DNA of 64,000 nt, taken from the IMG/VR virus record IMGVR_UViG_3300021431_000076, positions 160,001 through 224,000 of that record. The stretch is one strand, 5' to 3'. The stretch comes from a virus. Its lineage: Duplodnaviria; Caudoviricetes. The notes under the pieces were generated by a model that saw only the letters and a program-made list of their open reading frames with translations, did not search any database and had not been told where the DNA came from. A program made the translations under genes and the position numbers. This document shows positions 28,808-39,000 of this stretch, in pieces (position 1 is the first letter of the stretch; each line of letters opens with the position of its first letter).

Positions 28808-29956
28808 ATGGTACCACAAAAATTATATTATATCAAAAATGGAACAACAGATGTTAAATATGGTTTATCATGGAAAAAATCTGAACTTGATTCTGGTACT
28901 AAACCAGTACTACCATATGATGAAGATATAGATGGTCCTAGAAGCATATCTATTAAATCTAACAATGAATATAGAACTTGGGGACTAAATGAAGATGCAT
29001 CTAATCAACAAGCTGCTATAGATACTATAAATAATACTCCTACTAATACTCAAGTAACTGGCAATACTAACACTACTACTATTGGTGCTAGTGGTGAAAC
29101 AATTCTAAACACTAAAGCCATTGTTGCTCATACTACTGGAATAAGTAGTGGCCAATATCGTGCTATAACTTGTTTATGGAAAATGCCCCTTCAAATATTT
29201 AATAATGGAGTAAATTATGAAGCTCATGTAAAAGGCAAAGTTAGATACTATTATCCTGGTGGTGGAGATAATCTATATAATAATGGCCCTTTAATATCAT
29301 CAGATCCTACATTCGGTGCACCAATGGGTCAATTTGGTAATCTTGGAGAACACAGTGGGTTGTTTGTTTTATGTTGTGGTAATGATGTATTTACCAGTAC
29401 TAACACTATAGCAATTACTAGAGATTATCCTTGGGAATTTCCATATGTATCTGGATTTGATTCTAAAATTAATGGAACATTGTATTCTGCCTGTGATAAA
29501 GCAAGAAAGATAAATTCTATAACTGGATTTTTAGGCCCAGCTAATGAAATAACTGGTGGTGGTGGAGCTCAAGGAACACCTCCTGGATCATCTGCTAATT
29601 GGGGTAGGTTATTTGATATAGATGTAACTGTTCCTATTGGAGGAGATTGGAATGCAGACTTATCTATAGTAATTGGAGTTAATACTCATGGATGGGGAAG
29701 TAATGGTGGTGATGGTTACTATGGTGATGGAAATATCCATTTATGGTTTCAATTACAAGATCTTTCTGCTTATTATACTGCTGGTTGGAGTGATGAATCC
29801 AAACAAGACACTCAATCATCAGGAGCATATGTAATATCTCAAGATGTAGGAAAAGATTTGTCGTCTTTGAATTATAAAAAATCAAGTTCTTCTACTTCAT
29901 ATAGATTATTTACAGATCCTACTCAAGGTGGAGGAGGAAGATTAATTAAAAAATAA
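28808..29956 (+). CDS. Gly/Thr-rich beta protein (382 aa), putative distal fibre/receptor-binding subunit
   Basis: Directly follows the coiled-coil fibre gene; Gly-rich loops. Confidence 0.5.
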   Translation: MVPQKLYYIKNGTTDVKYGLSWKKSELDSGTKPVLPYDEDIDGPRSISIKSNNEYRTWGLNEDASNQQAAIDTINNTPTNTQVTGNTNTTTIGASGETILNTKAIVAHTTGISSGQYRAITCLWKMPLQIFNNGVNYEAHVKGKVRYYYPGGGDNLYNNGPLISSDPTFGAPMGQFGNLGEHSGLFVLCCGNDVFTSTNTIAITRDYPWEFPYVSGFDSKINGTLYSACDKARKINSITGFLGPANEITGGGGAQGTPPGSSANWGRLFDIDVTVPIGGDWNADLSIVIGVNTHGWGSNGGDGYYGDGNIHLWFQLQDLSAYYTAGWSDESKQDTQSSGAYVISQDVGKDLSSLNYKKSSSSTSYRLFTDPTQGGGGRLIKK

Positions 29957-29963
29957 CTAAAAA

Positions 29964-29992
29964 TATAGGGAAGCTCAAATGAGCTTCCCTAC
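29964..29992. terminator. Bidirectional terminator
   Basis: tagggaagctc-aaat-gagcttcccta between convergent genes. Confidence 0.8.
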
Positions 29993-29994
29993 TA

Positions 29995-30120
29995 TTATTT
30001 CTTATCACTAAATAATCCACCAAGAATATCTAATAGTATTAAGACTAGGAATCCTCCAAATATTACCATGGCCCAAAATATTATATCATCTATAAATTCA
30101 TTTTCAAATCCCACTATCAT
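29995..30120 (-). CDS. Small membrane peptide (41 aa, MIVGFENEFIDDIIFWAMVIFGG...)
   Basis: AGGGAG RBS; ATGA overlap with the upstream micro-ORF; one TM segment. Confidence 0.55.
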   Translation of the reverse strand: MIVGFENEFIDDIIFWAMVIFGGFLVLILLDILGGLFSDKK

Positions 30121-30206
30121 CTCTCCCTTGTCACATAGTCTAACACTTTTCCTAGAATGTATGATACTCCTATAACCATACACCAGAAGAGAAACTCATC
30201 AATCAT
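30117..30206 (-). CDS. Membrane micropeptide (29 aa, MIDEFLFWCMVIGVSYILGKVLDYVTRER)
   Basis: Hand translation; GAGGGAG RBS; resembles the downstream peptide. Confidence 0.5.
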   Translation of the reverse strand: MIDEFLFWCMVIGVSYILGKVLDYVTRER

Positions 30207-30219
30207 TTTATAACTCCCT

Positions 30220-30351
30220 CTAATCCGATAAAGATTCTAATATAGCTCCTAAGATATCAAAGATAGCTTCAAAGAATCCTATCTTTATTAAAAACCAAAT
30301 ACCTCCTATGCATCCTGCTCCTATTAGTCCATATAACCAATATACATTCAT
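30220..30351 (-). CDS. Membrane peptide (43 aa, MNVYWLYGLIGAGCIGGIWFLIKIGFFEAIFDILGAILESLSD)
   Basis: Hand translation; GAGGTG RBS; early promoter TATATTAT-ATTTA-TGAG at 30362-30378 on minus. Confidence 0.55.
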   Translation of the reverse strand: MNVYWLYGLIGAGCIGGIWFLIKIGFFEAIFDILGAILESLSD

Positions 30352-30388
30352 ACTACATCACCTCATAAATATAATATATGGATAAAAT

Positions 30389-31255
30389 TTACTTTTCTAA
30401 TTCTAGTATTCCGCCTTGTTTTCTATGGATTGTTCCTTTCTCAGTTTCTATTGTAAATTCATCTTGAAGAGTATCCATTATATTAATCTGAGTGAGATAT
30501 GCAGGTAATGTATGCATTTGAATCTTATCTACTAGATCTCTTAGTTCTATAGCTTCTCCATTGTAAGTACAAGATTTTACTTCTTCTAGTCCATTATCTT
30601 TCATAAACTTTTCTACTATATCAAATTCTGTTCTAATCTTTCCCATCTCTTCTTTTCTAACTGTTAATATATCTCTAACCATTATATCTTCAAACTCTTG
30701 TTCATTTTCATCTATAGTTTTTACCATAAGTTTAGTAAGAGATTGAGATAGTATTAAAGCTTGGACTTTTCTTACTTCATCTTCTTCTCTCTTTAGCTCT
30801 TTCTCTATTTCATCTCTTTTATTTTGATATTCTATATAGTTTTCCATTATATCTTCATTTACCTGACGATTTAGAATTTCTATTTTATCATCAGTCATTT
30901 TATTAAAATCATGAACTACGTATATCTGACCATTAGCAGTCATGATATAAAACTTTACTTCTATATCATGATTAAGCAAATCTACTTCATGATTATCTAT
31001 TTCATTATAAATATCTGCTAAAAAATATCCTCTCACATCTGCTTCTTTTATAGCATCAAATGCACAAAAGGAATTAAAAGTATAATTTCCATTTTGAAGC
31101 CATTTATATTCATCTTCAGGATCGATATTTGCATTTTCATATATAAAACCTTTAAGTTTTTTAACAATTCCTGGAGTACCATCACAAAGAGAATAAAATA
31201 CATCTTCATCTAATAACTCAGTATTAGTAATAGCATAAATATGAATCTTGATCAT
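30389..31255 (-). CDS. Hypothetical acidic/coiled-coil protein (288 aa)
   Basis: AGGAGGAG RBS; AACT-TTAAGA-TA promoter motif at 31284-31297 on minus. Confidence 0.7.
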   Translation of the reverse strand: MIKIHIYAITNTELLDEDVFYSLCDGTPGIVKKLKGFIYENANIDPEDEYKWLQNGNYTFNSFCAFDAIKEADVRGYFLADIYNEIDNHEVDLLNHDIEVKFYIMTANGQIYVVHDFNKMTDDKIEILNRQVNEDIMENYIEYQNKRDEIEKELKREEDEVRKVQALILSQSLTKLMVKTIDENEQEFEDIMVRDILTVRKEEMGKIRTEFDIVEKFMKDNGLEEVKSCTYNGEAIELRDLVDKIQMHTLPAYLTQINIMDTLQDEFTIETEKGTIHRKQGGILELEK

Positions 31256-31357
31256 GTTGTTCTCCTCCTATATAGTCTGTTTTCTTATCTTAAAGTTTGC
31301 CTTATAATAATTGGTCACATTTAGATAATGAGAACAACGAAGGAGGTTAATAAGAAA

Positions 31358-33094
31358 ATGCCTATTCTACAATATTATGGAAATGATATTCTTGATATAG
31401 ACGTATCTACTCCTAATAACTATCCAAGAGTTATGGGAGTAGTTTTAATGATGGGTAAAGTTAAACTAATCCCACCATCTAGATTAGACTATTCTTTTTC
31501 AGGAACAGTAAGTATGGTTCCAGAAATGCTAATCCCATCAGAATTAGACGGAACAGTAACTTTACAACAATCTCAATATGGTCCAGGTAATAATAGTAAT
31601 CCTGGAAATATAGTAATAACAGGAAGTTGGATAGATGGAAAAGTAACATTCTCAAATGCTAAAGTTGTTATACCACCTGTTACTATTGATGGTATGGTGC
31701 AATTAACAACTACAGTTCTAGACGAGCCATTATTAGATCCTATAGAAATAGACGTTCCTCAAGAAGTAGGAACTGATGTATTAACTGGATCTGTAACTTT
31801 ACAACAAGAATTTTATGATGAACCATCTAATGATATAACTGGATCTGTATTTTTAACATATTATTTATATAAAAAAGATGGTGTTACTGGATTTGTAACA
31901 CTTCCTAAAATAGAAGTGGTTCAAGATATTGATGGAGACGTAAGTATCTTAAAAGAAGACTATGAAGAAGAATTATTTGATATAGCAGTAAGAGTTCCTA
32001 GATATGATGTAAGTGTTTATATTGATACTAGAATCATAGTTCCTAAGTTTAGAGTACAATATTCTATTCCTATAGATATTCAAGTAGTTCCTTGGGTATG
32101 TGCTTGTTTTGACGTAGATATAGATGTAGTAAATGAATGTATTTGGGAATTTGATGGTGATGTATCTCTTCCTAAAATAGATACAGAGGATGATATAGAT
32201 TCTACTGTAACTTTATTACCAGAAGCATATGAAGATATAGATTGCTCTGTTACTATGAATAAATTAGCTACATACAGACAACTTGATTGCTCTGGATTCT
32301 TAATCGGAAGAGTTATAGAAGAATTTGATATAGATATAACTACAGAACCATATGAAGCTCCTATATATGATTTCAGTGAAGATATTATGGATTGTGTAGT
32401 TCACTTTGGTGGAAAATCTATATTTGATTTTGATATATCTGTAAAAGCTAAAGCTATTCCTTTATTTGATTTCAAAGAAGATCTTATTGATGGTATAGTT
32501 CATTTAAGAGACTATAAGAGAATTGGAATAGTTGTAGATCCAAGATGGAACTATGATGCTTATGTATTCAAATCTTCTCTATTGACTCTATTTGATAAAT
32601 ACTATGATAAGACTGTATTAGATATAGTTTATGGTGGTAATCCTAGATCAGATTGGGATATAGAGCATTTAGGATATGTATTCCATAATAAGCTTACTAA
32701 AGTTCCTATTGTATTTGATCCTATTCATCCAGATCATACTAAAAGAACTATAGAGCATTATATCTATCATTTATCTGATACTCCTATAGATGTACCTATA
32801 GCAAAAGTATTCTTATTTACAGATAGACCAGACTATATTGCTTCTAATCCATTATCATTAATTACTCAATTCTGTAAGGATAATGATATAGACTTTGCAA
32901 TTATTACATCTAGTGGAGAGTTTATAGATTATCATGATAATCAAGCTTTCTCTACTACTAATAACCCATTAAGAACGGAACCTCATTCTGTTTTAGGACC
33001 TTTATCGGTTATACCTATGGATCATTTCAATAGAGTTGCCAATCCTAGTGATCCTAAACACCCATATTATCATCCTACTAAGATTATATACTAA
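31358..33094 (+). CDS. Acidic beta-repeat protein (~578 aa), possibly with a degenerate YspA/SLOG-like C-terminal domain; putative virion protein
   Basis: AAGGAGG RBS before MPILQ at 31358; late promoter CACA-TTTAGA-TA at 31316-31327. D(G/C/I)x(V/I)x(L/V) repeats; KRIGIVVDPR..IVYGGNPRSD. Confidence 0.55.
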   Translation: MPILQYYGNDILDIDVSTPNNYPRVMGVVLMMGKVKLIPPSRLDYSFSGTVSMVPEMLIPSELDGTVTLQQSQYGPGNNSNPGNIVITGSWIDGKVTFSNAKVVIPPVTIDGMVQLTTTVLDEPLLDPIEIDVPQEVGTDVLTGSVTLQQEFYDEPSNDITGSVFLTYYLYKKDGVTGFVTLPKIEVVQDIDGDVSILKEDYEEELFDIAVRVPRYDVSVYIDTRIIVPKFRVQYSIPIDIQVVPWVCACFDVDIDVVNECIWEFDGDVSLPKIDTEDDIDSTVTLLPEAYEDIDCSVTMNKLATYRQLDCSGFLIGRVIEEFDIDITTEPYEAPIYDFSEDIMDCVVHFGGKSIFDFDISVKAKAIPLFDFKEDLIDGIVHLRDYKRIGIVVDPRWNYDAYVFKSSLLTLFDKYYDKTVLDIVYGGNPRSDWDIEHLGYVFHNKLTKVPIVFDPIHPDHTKRTIEHYIYHLSDTPIDVPIAKVFLFTDRPDYIASNPLSLITQFCKDNDIDFAIITSSGEFIDYHDNQAFSTTNNPLRTEPHSVLGPLSVIPMDHFNRVANPSDPKHPYYHPTKIIY

Positions 33095-33098
33095 ATAA

Positions 33099-33130
33099 CA
33101 AGGAGAGCTCATATGAGCTCTCCTGTATAT
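33099..33130 (+). terminator. Intrinsic terminator
   Basis: aggagagctc-atat-gagctctcct hairpin. Confidence 0.75.
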
Positions 33131-33169
33131 TTTGTAATCATTAAAAATTTTAAGCATATATTATAGTAG

Positions 33170-33486
33170 TGAAAGAATATAGGGGCTTTAGATGAAAACG
33201 TCGGCCCAGGTTCGGAAAGTGCAGCATACCCACGGTGGTAGCCTGACCACAAAAAGGGAGATAGCACTTGCGTGCTGGAAGGGAGGAGATTCCATTGCAC
33301 TAGTTTAATTAATTTAAAAGGAAACCAAAAAAATTAATTAAATGAAAATGAAAAATGTGAATCAAAAAAGTAAAAGAAAAAAAGAAGATTAGTTAAGAAC
33401 AAGCGTACTCCGTGAGAGCCGGAGCTGGAATCTTTATAGATTCTGGGAAAGGAATAGTTCTGATCAAACTATTTCTTTCTTTTTTA
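33170..33486 (+). ncRNA. Candidate structured non-coding RNA (family not recognised)
   Basis: GC-rich island with an early promoter (TATATTAT at 33157-33164), nested helices, a likely pseudoknot and a 3' terminator. No credible ORF. Confidence 0.55.
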
Positions 33487-33545
33487 TTTTATTCTCTCAA
33501 AGACAATAGAATAGCATTTATTCTATTTATAAGGAGAGGATCAAA

Positions 33546-34880
33546 ATGGCAGGATTCATTTTAGAAAAGTTCAAATCTCTTTTTTCTTCTAATAAAGATA
33601 AGAAGAAAGAAATCAAAGCAGAACAGGTAGATAGATCATCTGTTCATGTACTAAGTGTTTCTCCTAATGTGTATTTAGCATGTAGAGCTGCTAAATTATG
33701 TATTGGTAAAACAGTAACTGGTACTATTACAGATAGAATGAAGTACATAGAAAAAATAGTAGGTATGGGTCATGAGAGTATCCTAGAACATACCAATGTG
33801 GTTGCTATGATTATCTATTACAGTCCTATCTCTAAACCAGAGCAGTTTGCTGAAATTATTGCTAATGGTAAATATCTAGATATTATTCCTAAACAAGATG
33901 ATGAAAAAACTGTTGTTCTTATTGGTGGTTCTATTAGAGCTTATATGCATCTAGTAAGAGAAACAGATCAGAATAATATATACTTAGAAGATATTAAGAA
34001 GATTATGTATCAATCTATTGAGAAATGCTTCTTGAAATCTCTTATTGAAAAAGGATTACTTGATGAATCTGAATGTAACTTTATGACATATGCTACAGTA
34101 GATAAACATGTAGAAGATGATCAAGAACCATTACCAGAAATTATAGAAGATCCTAAAGAGAAAGAAAACAAAACTTCTGATCTTATATATATTACTGATT
34201 TTGATAAACTGTATAGAGATGTATTCTTACTCACTGATAGATATACTAAGAGAGAAGTAGTAAGAATGTGTCACTTTACATTCTTATTCCATGATATTTC
34301 TAGATCTTGTGGAAATCAGTTATGCAGACACCGTAATGGTATTACACAGGAATCTCAGAGATATGTAACTCATGAATATACTAAAGAGAAAGACTTTATT
34401 GATCCTATTAGAATGCAATTAGATGATAGATATAAGAATTTAGCTCCAAATCTTATAGAAAAATTCAATAAAGTAGACTTTAAGACTTATAAAGATATGA
34501 TTTCTGCTGGTATATTTAAAGAAGATGCTAGAGCATGGTTGCCAATGAATGTTACTACTAAGATTATGATGACATTCAATGGATTTACTTTAGCTAAATT
34601 CTTACATCTTAGAACTGCTAAAGGAGCACAATTAGAGATTAGAAATATGGCTAATGAAATGGTTCATCAGCTATTTACTAGTACAGAAGCATATATAGAC
34701 TTTATGGATACAGTATTAAAATTTGGATATGAAGATATAAAACCAGTATATACTCCTGATGCTATAGATGAGGAAATTGAAATTAAAACTGAATCATTTG
34801 AAGATTCTAAGATAGATGCAAATGAAGCAGAAAGACTTCTTAAAGTAGAAGAAGAATATAAGAATTTAGAAAAACATTAA
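33546..34880 (+). CDS. thyX: FAD-dependent thymidylate synthase ThyX (extended, tandem-type, 444 aa)
   Basis: GHESILEH, ISRSCGNQLCRHRNGITQESQRY, EDARAWLP, LRTAKGAQLEIR motifs; late promoter GACA-ATAGAA-TA at 33502-33513. Confidence 0.88.
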   Translation: MAGFILEKFKSLFSSNKDKKKEIKAEQVDRSSVHVLSVSPNVYLACRAAKLCIGKTVTGTITDRMKYIEKIVGMGHESILEHTNVVAMIIYYSPISKPEQFAEIIANGKYLDIIPKQDDEKTVVLIGGSIRAYMHLVRETDQNNIYLEDIKKIMYQSIEKCFLKSLIEKGLLDESECNFMTYATVDKHVEDDQEPLPEIIEDPKEKENKTSDLIYITDFDKLYRDVFLLTDRYTKREVVRMCHFTFLFHDISRSCGNQLCRHRNGITQESQRYVTHEYTKEKDFIDPIRMQLDDRYKNLAPNLIEKFNKVDFKTYKDMISAGIFKEDARAWLPMNVTTKIMMTFNGFTLAKFLHLRTAKGAQLEIRNMANEMVHQLFTSTEAYIDFMDTVLKFGYEDIKPVYTPDAIDEEIEIKTESFEDSKIDANEAERLLKVEEEYKNLEKH

Positions 34881-34931
34881 CAAATGATTAGTCTTGTTAA
34901 CTCTATTATATATGAAAAAGGAGATTTCAAA

Positions 34932-35963
34932 ATGGAAAACACTGAAATCAAAAACGAACAGCAAGTCAATGAAAGAAAACCCTATTATCGTAAAAACAAC
35001 TATCGTCGTCATCAATGGAGAGAAAAGCCTCAGGCTATTTCTTATATTAAATCCTTTGATAACTTCAATGATGGTTTTACTGAAGTGATTCGGTTCAATC
35101 CTGAATTGAAGAACTATTGTGGTGATTTTGGTTCTTATGATGCAGTAATTGCTTCTATGACTAAAGCAATTAACGATAACATTCCTTCTCCAAACAATAT
35201 TAATTATCCTAATACTCTTTCTCTTAGTATTGATGCTAATGAGGTAGGATTTAAGACAGATACTAATATTGCTCTTGGTTGGAGAATACGTTATTCTTAT
35301 AAAGAAGCTAAGACTTATTATAACTTTCGTGTAACCTTCATCTCTGTTCCTGTATACAAGCATAGTACCATCTCTGATATGGTAGCAGCAGGTTGGAAGA
35401 AGCTTATTAAGAATAACAATCGTCAGAATCGATATTGGAATCATATTGAAGGGAAAGATAATTCTGAAGAATCCAATGAAGGTTTTAAAGTAAAAGAACT
35501 TATTGGAGAACAAAAGATCAATACTTCTCATCCTATGAGTATGCCTAAAGCATATAATGAAGATGAATATGATGATGTTGAAGATTCTGTAGCAGATCAT
35601 CAAGAACTTCATACTGTTGATAATACACCTGAAGAAGAATTAGTAGAAGCTTCTACTCAAATTGAATTTGATGATACTTCTATTGTTGAAAATGAATCTT
35701 CAGGCGTAGAAGATATTATCAAAGAAGAAGCAACTGAAAAGGTAGAAGAAGTATCTACTGGTTTTGTAGAATCTGGAGATGGTATTTCTAAAACTGCTAA
35801 TCCCAATGTATTTGTTGTTGACTACAAAGGTGAACGTCGTGTCATTAATGTAGAAGAAGATGATATCCCTTATGGTGATATGCTGATTGACAAAGAATCT
35901 GGAAAGATTAGCTTTGCTGACGGTACAGTTTTTAACTATAAAGACTTACAAATAATGCATTGA
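34932..35963 (+). CDS. Hypothetical protein (~343 aa) with basic N-terminus and acidic C-terminal half
   Basis: AAGGAG RBS before MENTE at 34932. Confidence 0.65.
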   Translation: MENTEIKNEQQVNERKPYYRKNNYRRHQWREKPQAISYIKSFDNFNDGFTEVIRFNPELKNYCGDFGSYDAVIASMTKAINDNIPSPNNINYPNTLSLSIDANEVGFKTDTNIALGWRIRYSYKEAKTYYNFRVTFISVPVYKHSTISDMVAAGWKKLIKNNNRQNRYWNHIEGKDNSEESNEGFKVKELIGEQKINTSHPMSMPKAYNEDEYDDVEDSVADHQELHTVDNTPEEELVEASTQIEFDDTSIVENESSGVEDIIKEEATEKVEEVSTGFVESGDGISKTANPNVFVVDYKGERRVINVEEDDIPYGDMLIDKESGKISFADGTVFNYKDLQIMH

Positions 35964-36001
35964 TATGCATCTCCTTAATTCATAATAAACACCTCACAAC
36001 T

Positions 36002-36040
36002 CCCCCTAGAGCTTAATTGCTCTAGGGGGTGTTATTTGTT
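36002..36040 (+). terminator. Intrinsic terminator
   Basis: ccccctagagc-ttaatt-gctctaggggg hairpin. Confidence 0.75.
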
Positions 36041-36096
36041 TTCCGAGACATAGGTGTAAGTCTAGACTAAATAAAAGACTATGAGAAAGGAGGAAA

Positions 36097-39000
36097 TTGA
36101 TATTTATGGCAAGCAATAGCATTATGGACTATCTTAAAAATGTTGGAGAATCTGTTAAATTTGCTGCTATTGAAAGTGTAACTGAAAAAACACCTAATTT
36201 ACGAAAAGTATTTAGTGAAAATAATAAAAAATATATTCAAGAAGTATATAAAGATGTTAATCAACATAGACAAGAACTAAATATGATTGATCGCATTAGA
36301 AATGCGACTGTTTTTAAACAAATATCTGTAGGTTGGGACAATTTAAAGGATTCCATTAAAACTGGTAAATTCAAAGATGATTCTAGAAGTACTGGTTTTG
36401 ATGAGATGGAAATGATGTTCGCAATGATGGGTGATGACTTCTTAGGTGGAGATTCTGATCTTATAGAATCTGAAATGAATGGAGAAGAAACAGGCTCAAC
36501 AAATGAACATAGAGTCCGTGGTATCCCAGAAATCACTAAAGGTGATGCTCTTGTTGCAACAGCATCAGCTACAGCAACTAGAAATGCAGCTTCTTCAATA
36601 TCTAAAGCTATTGTCAGATCTGCTGAATTAACAGATATGACAGCTAGAAAGTCCACAAATTTACAATTAAGGGCCCTTCAACAACAAGCAAACATTTTAT
36701 CTGGTGGTTTTCAACAACTATCTAGTTCATTGCATACCATAAATCAATTTAACGAACAAGTAGTTTTAACCCATGCTCAAAATTCTAGGATGTTTTATGA
36801 ACAAGCTACTCAATTAGCTCAAGAAAGAAATGCAATACTCAAAGAAATGCTAGAAATGCAACGTGAAACATTCGGTGCTACAATGAGATCTAATCTATCT
36901 TCTGATGCAAATGATTTGTCTAAAATGAGTAAAATCTTTGATAAAGAAAAAGGATTTGACTTAAGAGCATATATGAATCTAATGCAAAAGAGAATGAAAG
37001 AGACTCCTATCGGAATGGTAATGATGTCTATCAAGATGTTGCCTATGATGATAGGAGAAGTAGTTCAAAATCCATTGCATTATATTGCTAAGATGGGTAT
37101 AGATTCAATTATAGATAATAGTCTTAAAAAGGCTATATATAATATAGATCAATCAATAAGTGGTATGATATCTACTGGATTGACTAAGTTAGCTAACTAT
37201 GGTAAAGATAAAGCTACCAAGAATACATTACTAGGTCAAATAGCTGGTTTTTTTGGTCTACGAGATGAGAATACCAGACTATCTGCAGTAGATACTTCTA
37301 AGTATAATAAAGAAGCTATGCAATGGAATGGCATTGCTCAAAAAGCATTAGTAGAAGTAATACCAGGTCATTTAAGAAGAATAGAAGCTGCTCTTACTGG
37401 TGAAGCTGAAAGAGTTTTTGATCTTCAATCTGGTAAATGGTCTACAATGAAAAATGTAGCAAATGTAGAAAAAGATATAGATAGAAAAGTATTCAAAGAA
37501 ACTTTTTCTAAAGAAAAGAATCAACTTCTTAATATGATGAATTTCAATAGTAGAGAAGATAAACGAGGATGGATAAATGCTCTTGATAACTTCTTTAAAG
37601 GAGTTAAAAATAGAGGTATGATTGATTATAACCATATTAGAGAAAAATCTAGTGAATATGGTGATAATGAAAATATAGTCAAAGCTATAGCATATTTAAT
37701 ACATTCTGGTGGATTAGATTCTTCTCAAATTTTTAATCTTACAAATAAGATCAATGAAGGTAATGCTAAGAAAGCTGCAATGATAAGAAATTTAAACCCA
37801 TCTAATCAATCTCTTGTAACTGAAGCAGTTAATAATTCATATAATGCTAAATGGGCTGCTGGTACTGGAGCTCAATATAAAACTATAACTAATGAAGATG
37901 GTTCTACGAGAACTTATCAAAAAGCTGACAAGAATGGAAGATGGACTTCTTTACCTATCAATGATTTATCCAAACTTACTGATACCAGAGGATATACATT
38001 GTATGATTATCAATATAATATAATGAATCTTCTTATGGATATCAGAAGTGGTGGAGGTTTTGGTTCTGGAGGAGGATCTGGAAGAAATAAAAGGAGTAAA
38101 CAAAAAACCATACCTTCTACATTTGTACCAGTTCAAACAGGAAATCCATATGAATATACAGATGAAGAATTAGATGATTTAAAAACATCTCCTAATAGAC
38201 AACATGCTGCCAACTTAGTGCAAAAAGCTCAAGCTAAATCAGAATCTAAACGATTATTATTGCATCCAGACAAAAGTGGGTTAGATGAAGAAGTCAAACT
38301 TCCTTTCTCTATAGAAGATATAAAAAATGCAAATGAAGAACAGCTTGCAGCAATTATATCTCATATGAATTTTGCTGGTCAAACTAGTAAAGAATATAGA
38401 GCTAATAAGAAAGTAGATTCTTCTGGTGGAATATTTGGTAATCTTAAATCTGCTGCTAGTGGTCTAGGTATTGATAGTTTAGATAGCTTCATGGAAGATA
38501 TGCAAGAAGCCACTTCTATTGCAGATAAGTTCAATGTTGTTGGCGAAGCATTAAGATCAATGACTTCTGCTCCTCAAAAGATATTAACTTCAGTTCTTAC
38601 TGAAGCAGATAGATTTATGTATGAATTTATGTTTGGTAATCCTGCTGGTACTGAAAAGGATGAGAATGGTCAACCAATAGAAGGATTCTTTGGTAAAGTT
38701 ACTAATGAATTTGGAAAGACCATGAATAATCTTAATAATAAATTCAATGAGTGGTTCAAAGACACATTCAAAAAAGGTGCTGGAGGAATTGCTGGATTTT
38801 TCAAAGGAGTACTTGAAGATTATTTTGATATTGATATAGATAAAAAAGTTGAAAATGCTGAACGTCATGTAAAGAAATATGCAAATAAAGTCAAAAAAGG
38901 AGCTTTGTCTGCTGGTGCTGATTTATTTGGCATTGCCAAAGAAGCAGTATTAGGAACAGCTCAAGATATGGGTATTTATGAGCCAGACGAAGAAGAAAAT

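Noticed and set aside
33109-33300. 63-aa minus-strand ORF over the GC-rich island
   Set aside because: No RBS. The plus-strand promoter, terminator and base-pairing explain the region better as an RNA.
33182-33486. tmRNA, SRP RNA or RNase P identity for the structured RNA (starts GGGGCT; contains CAGGTTCGGAAAGTGCAGCA)
   Set aside because: No T-arm/acceptor 3' end or Ala-ending tag, the SRP-like segment cannot form the domain IV stem, and the RNase P conserved regions are not matched.
34866-35612. 248-aa minus-strand ORF, and other antisense ORFs such as 23379-23951 and 40137-40697
   Set aside because: They lie fully opposite well-supported genes, have no SD, and their composition is typical of antisense shadows.
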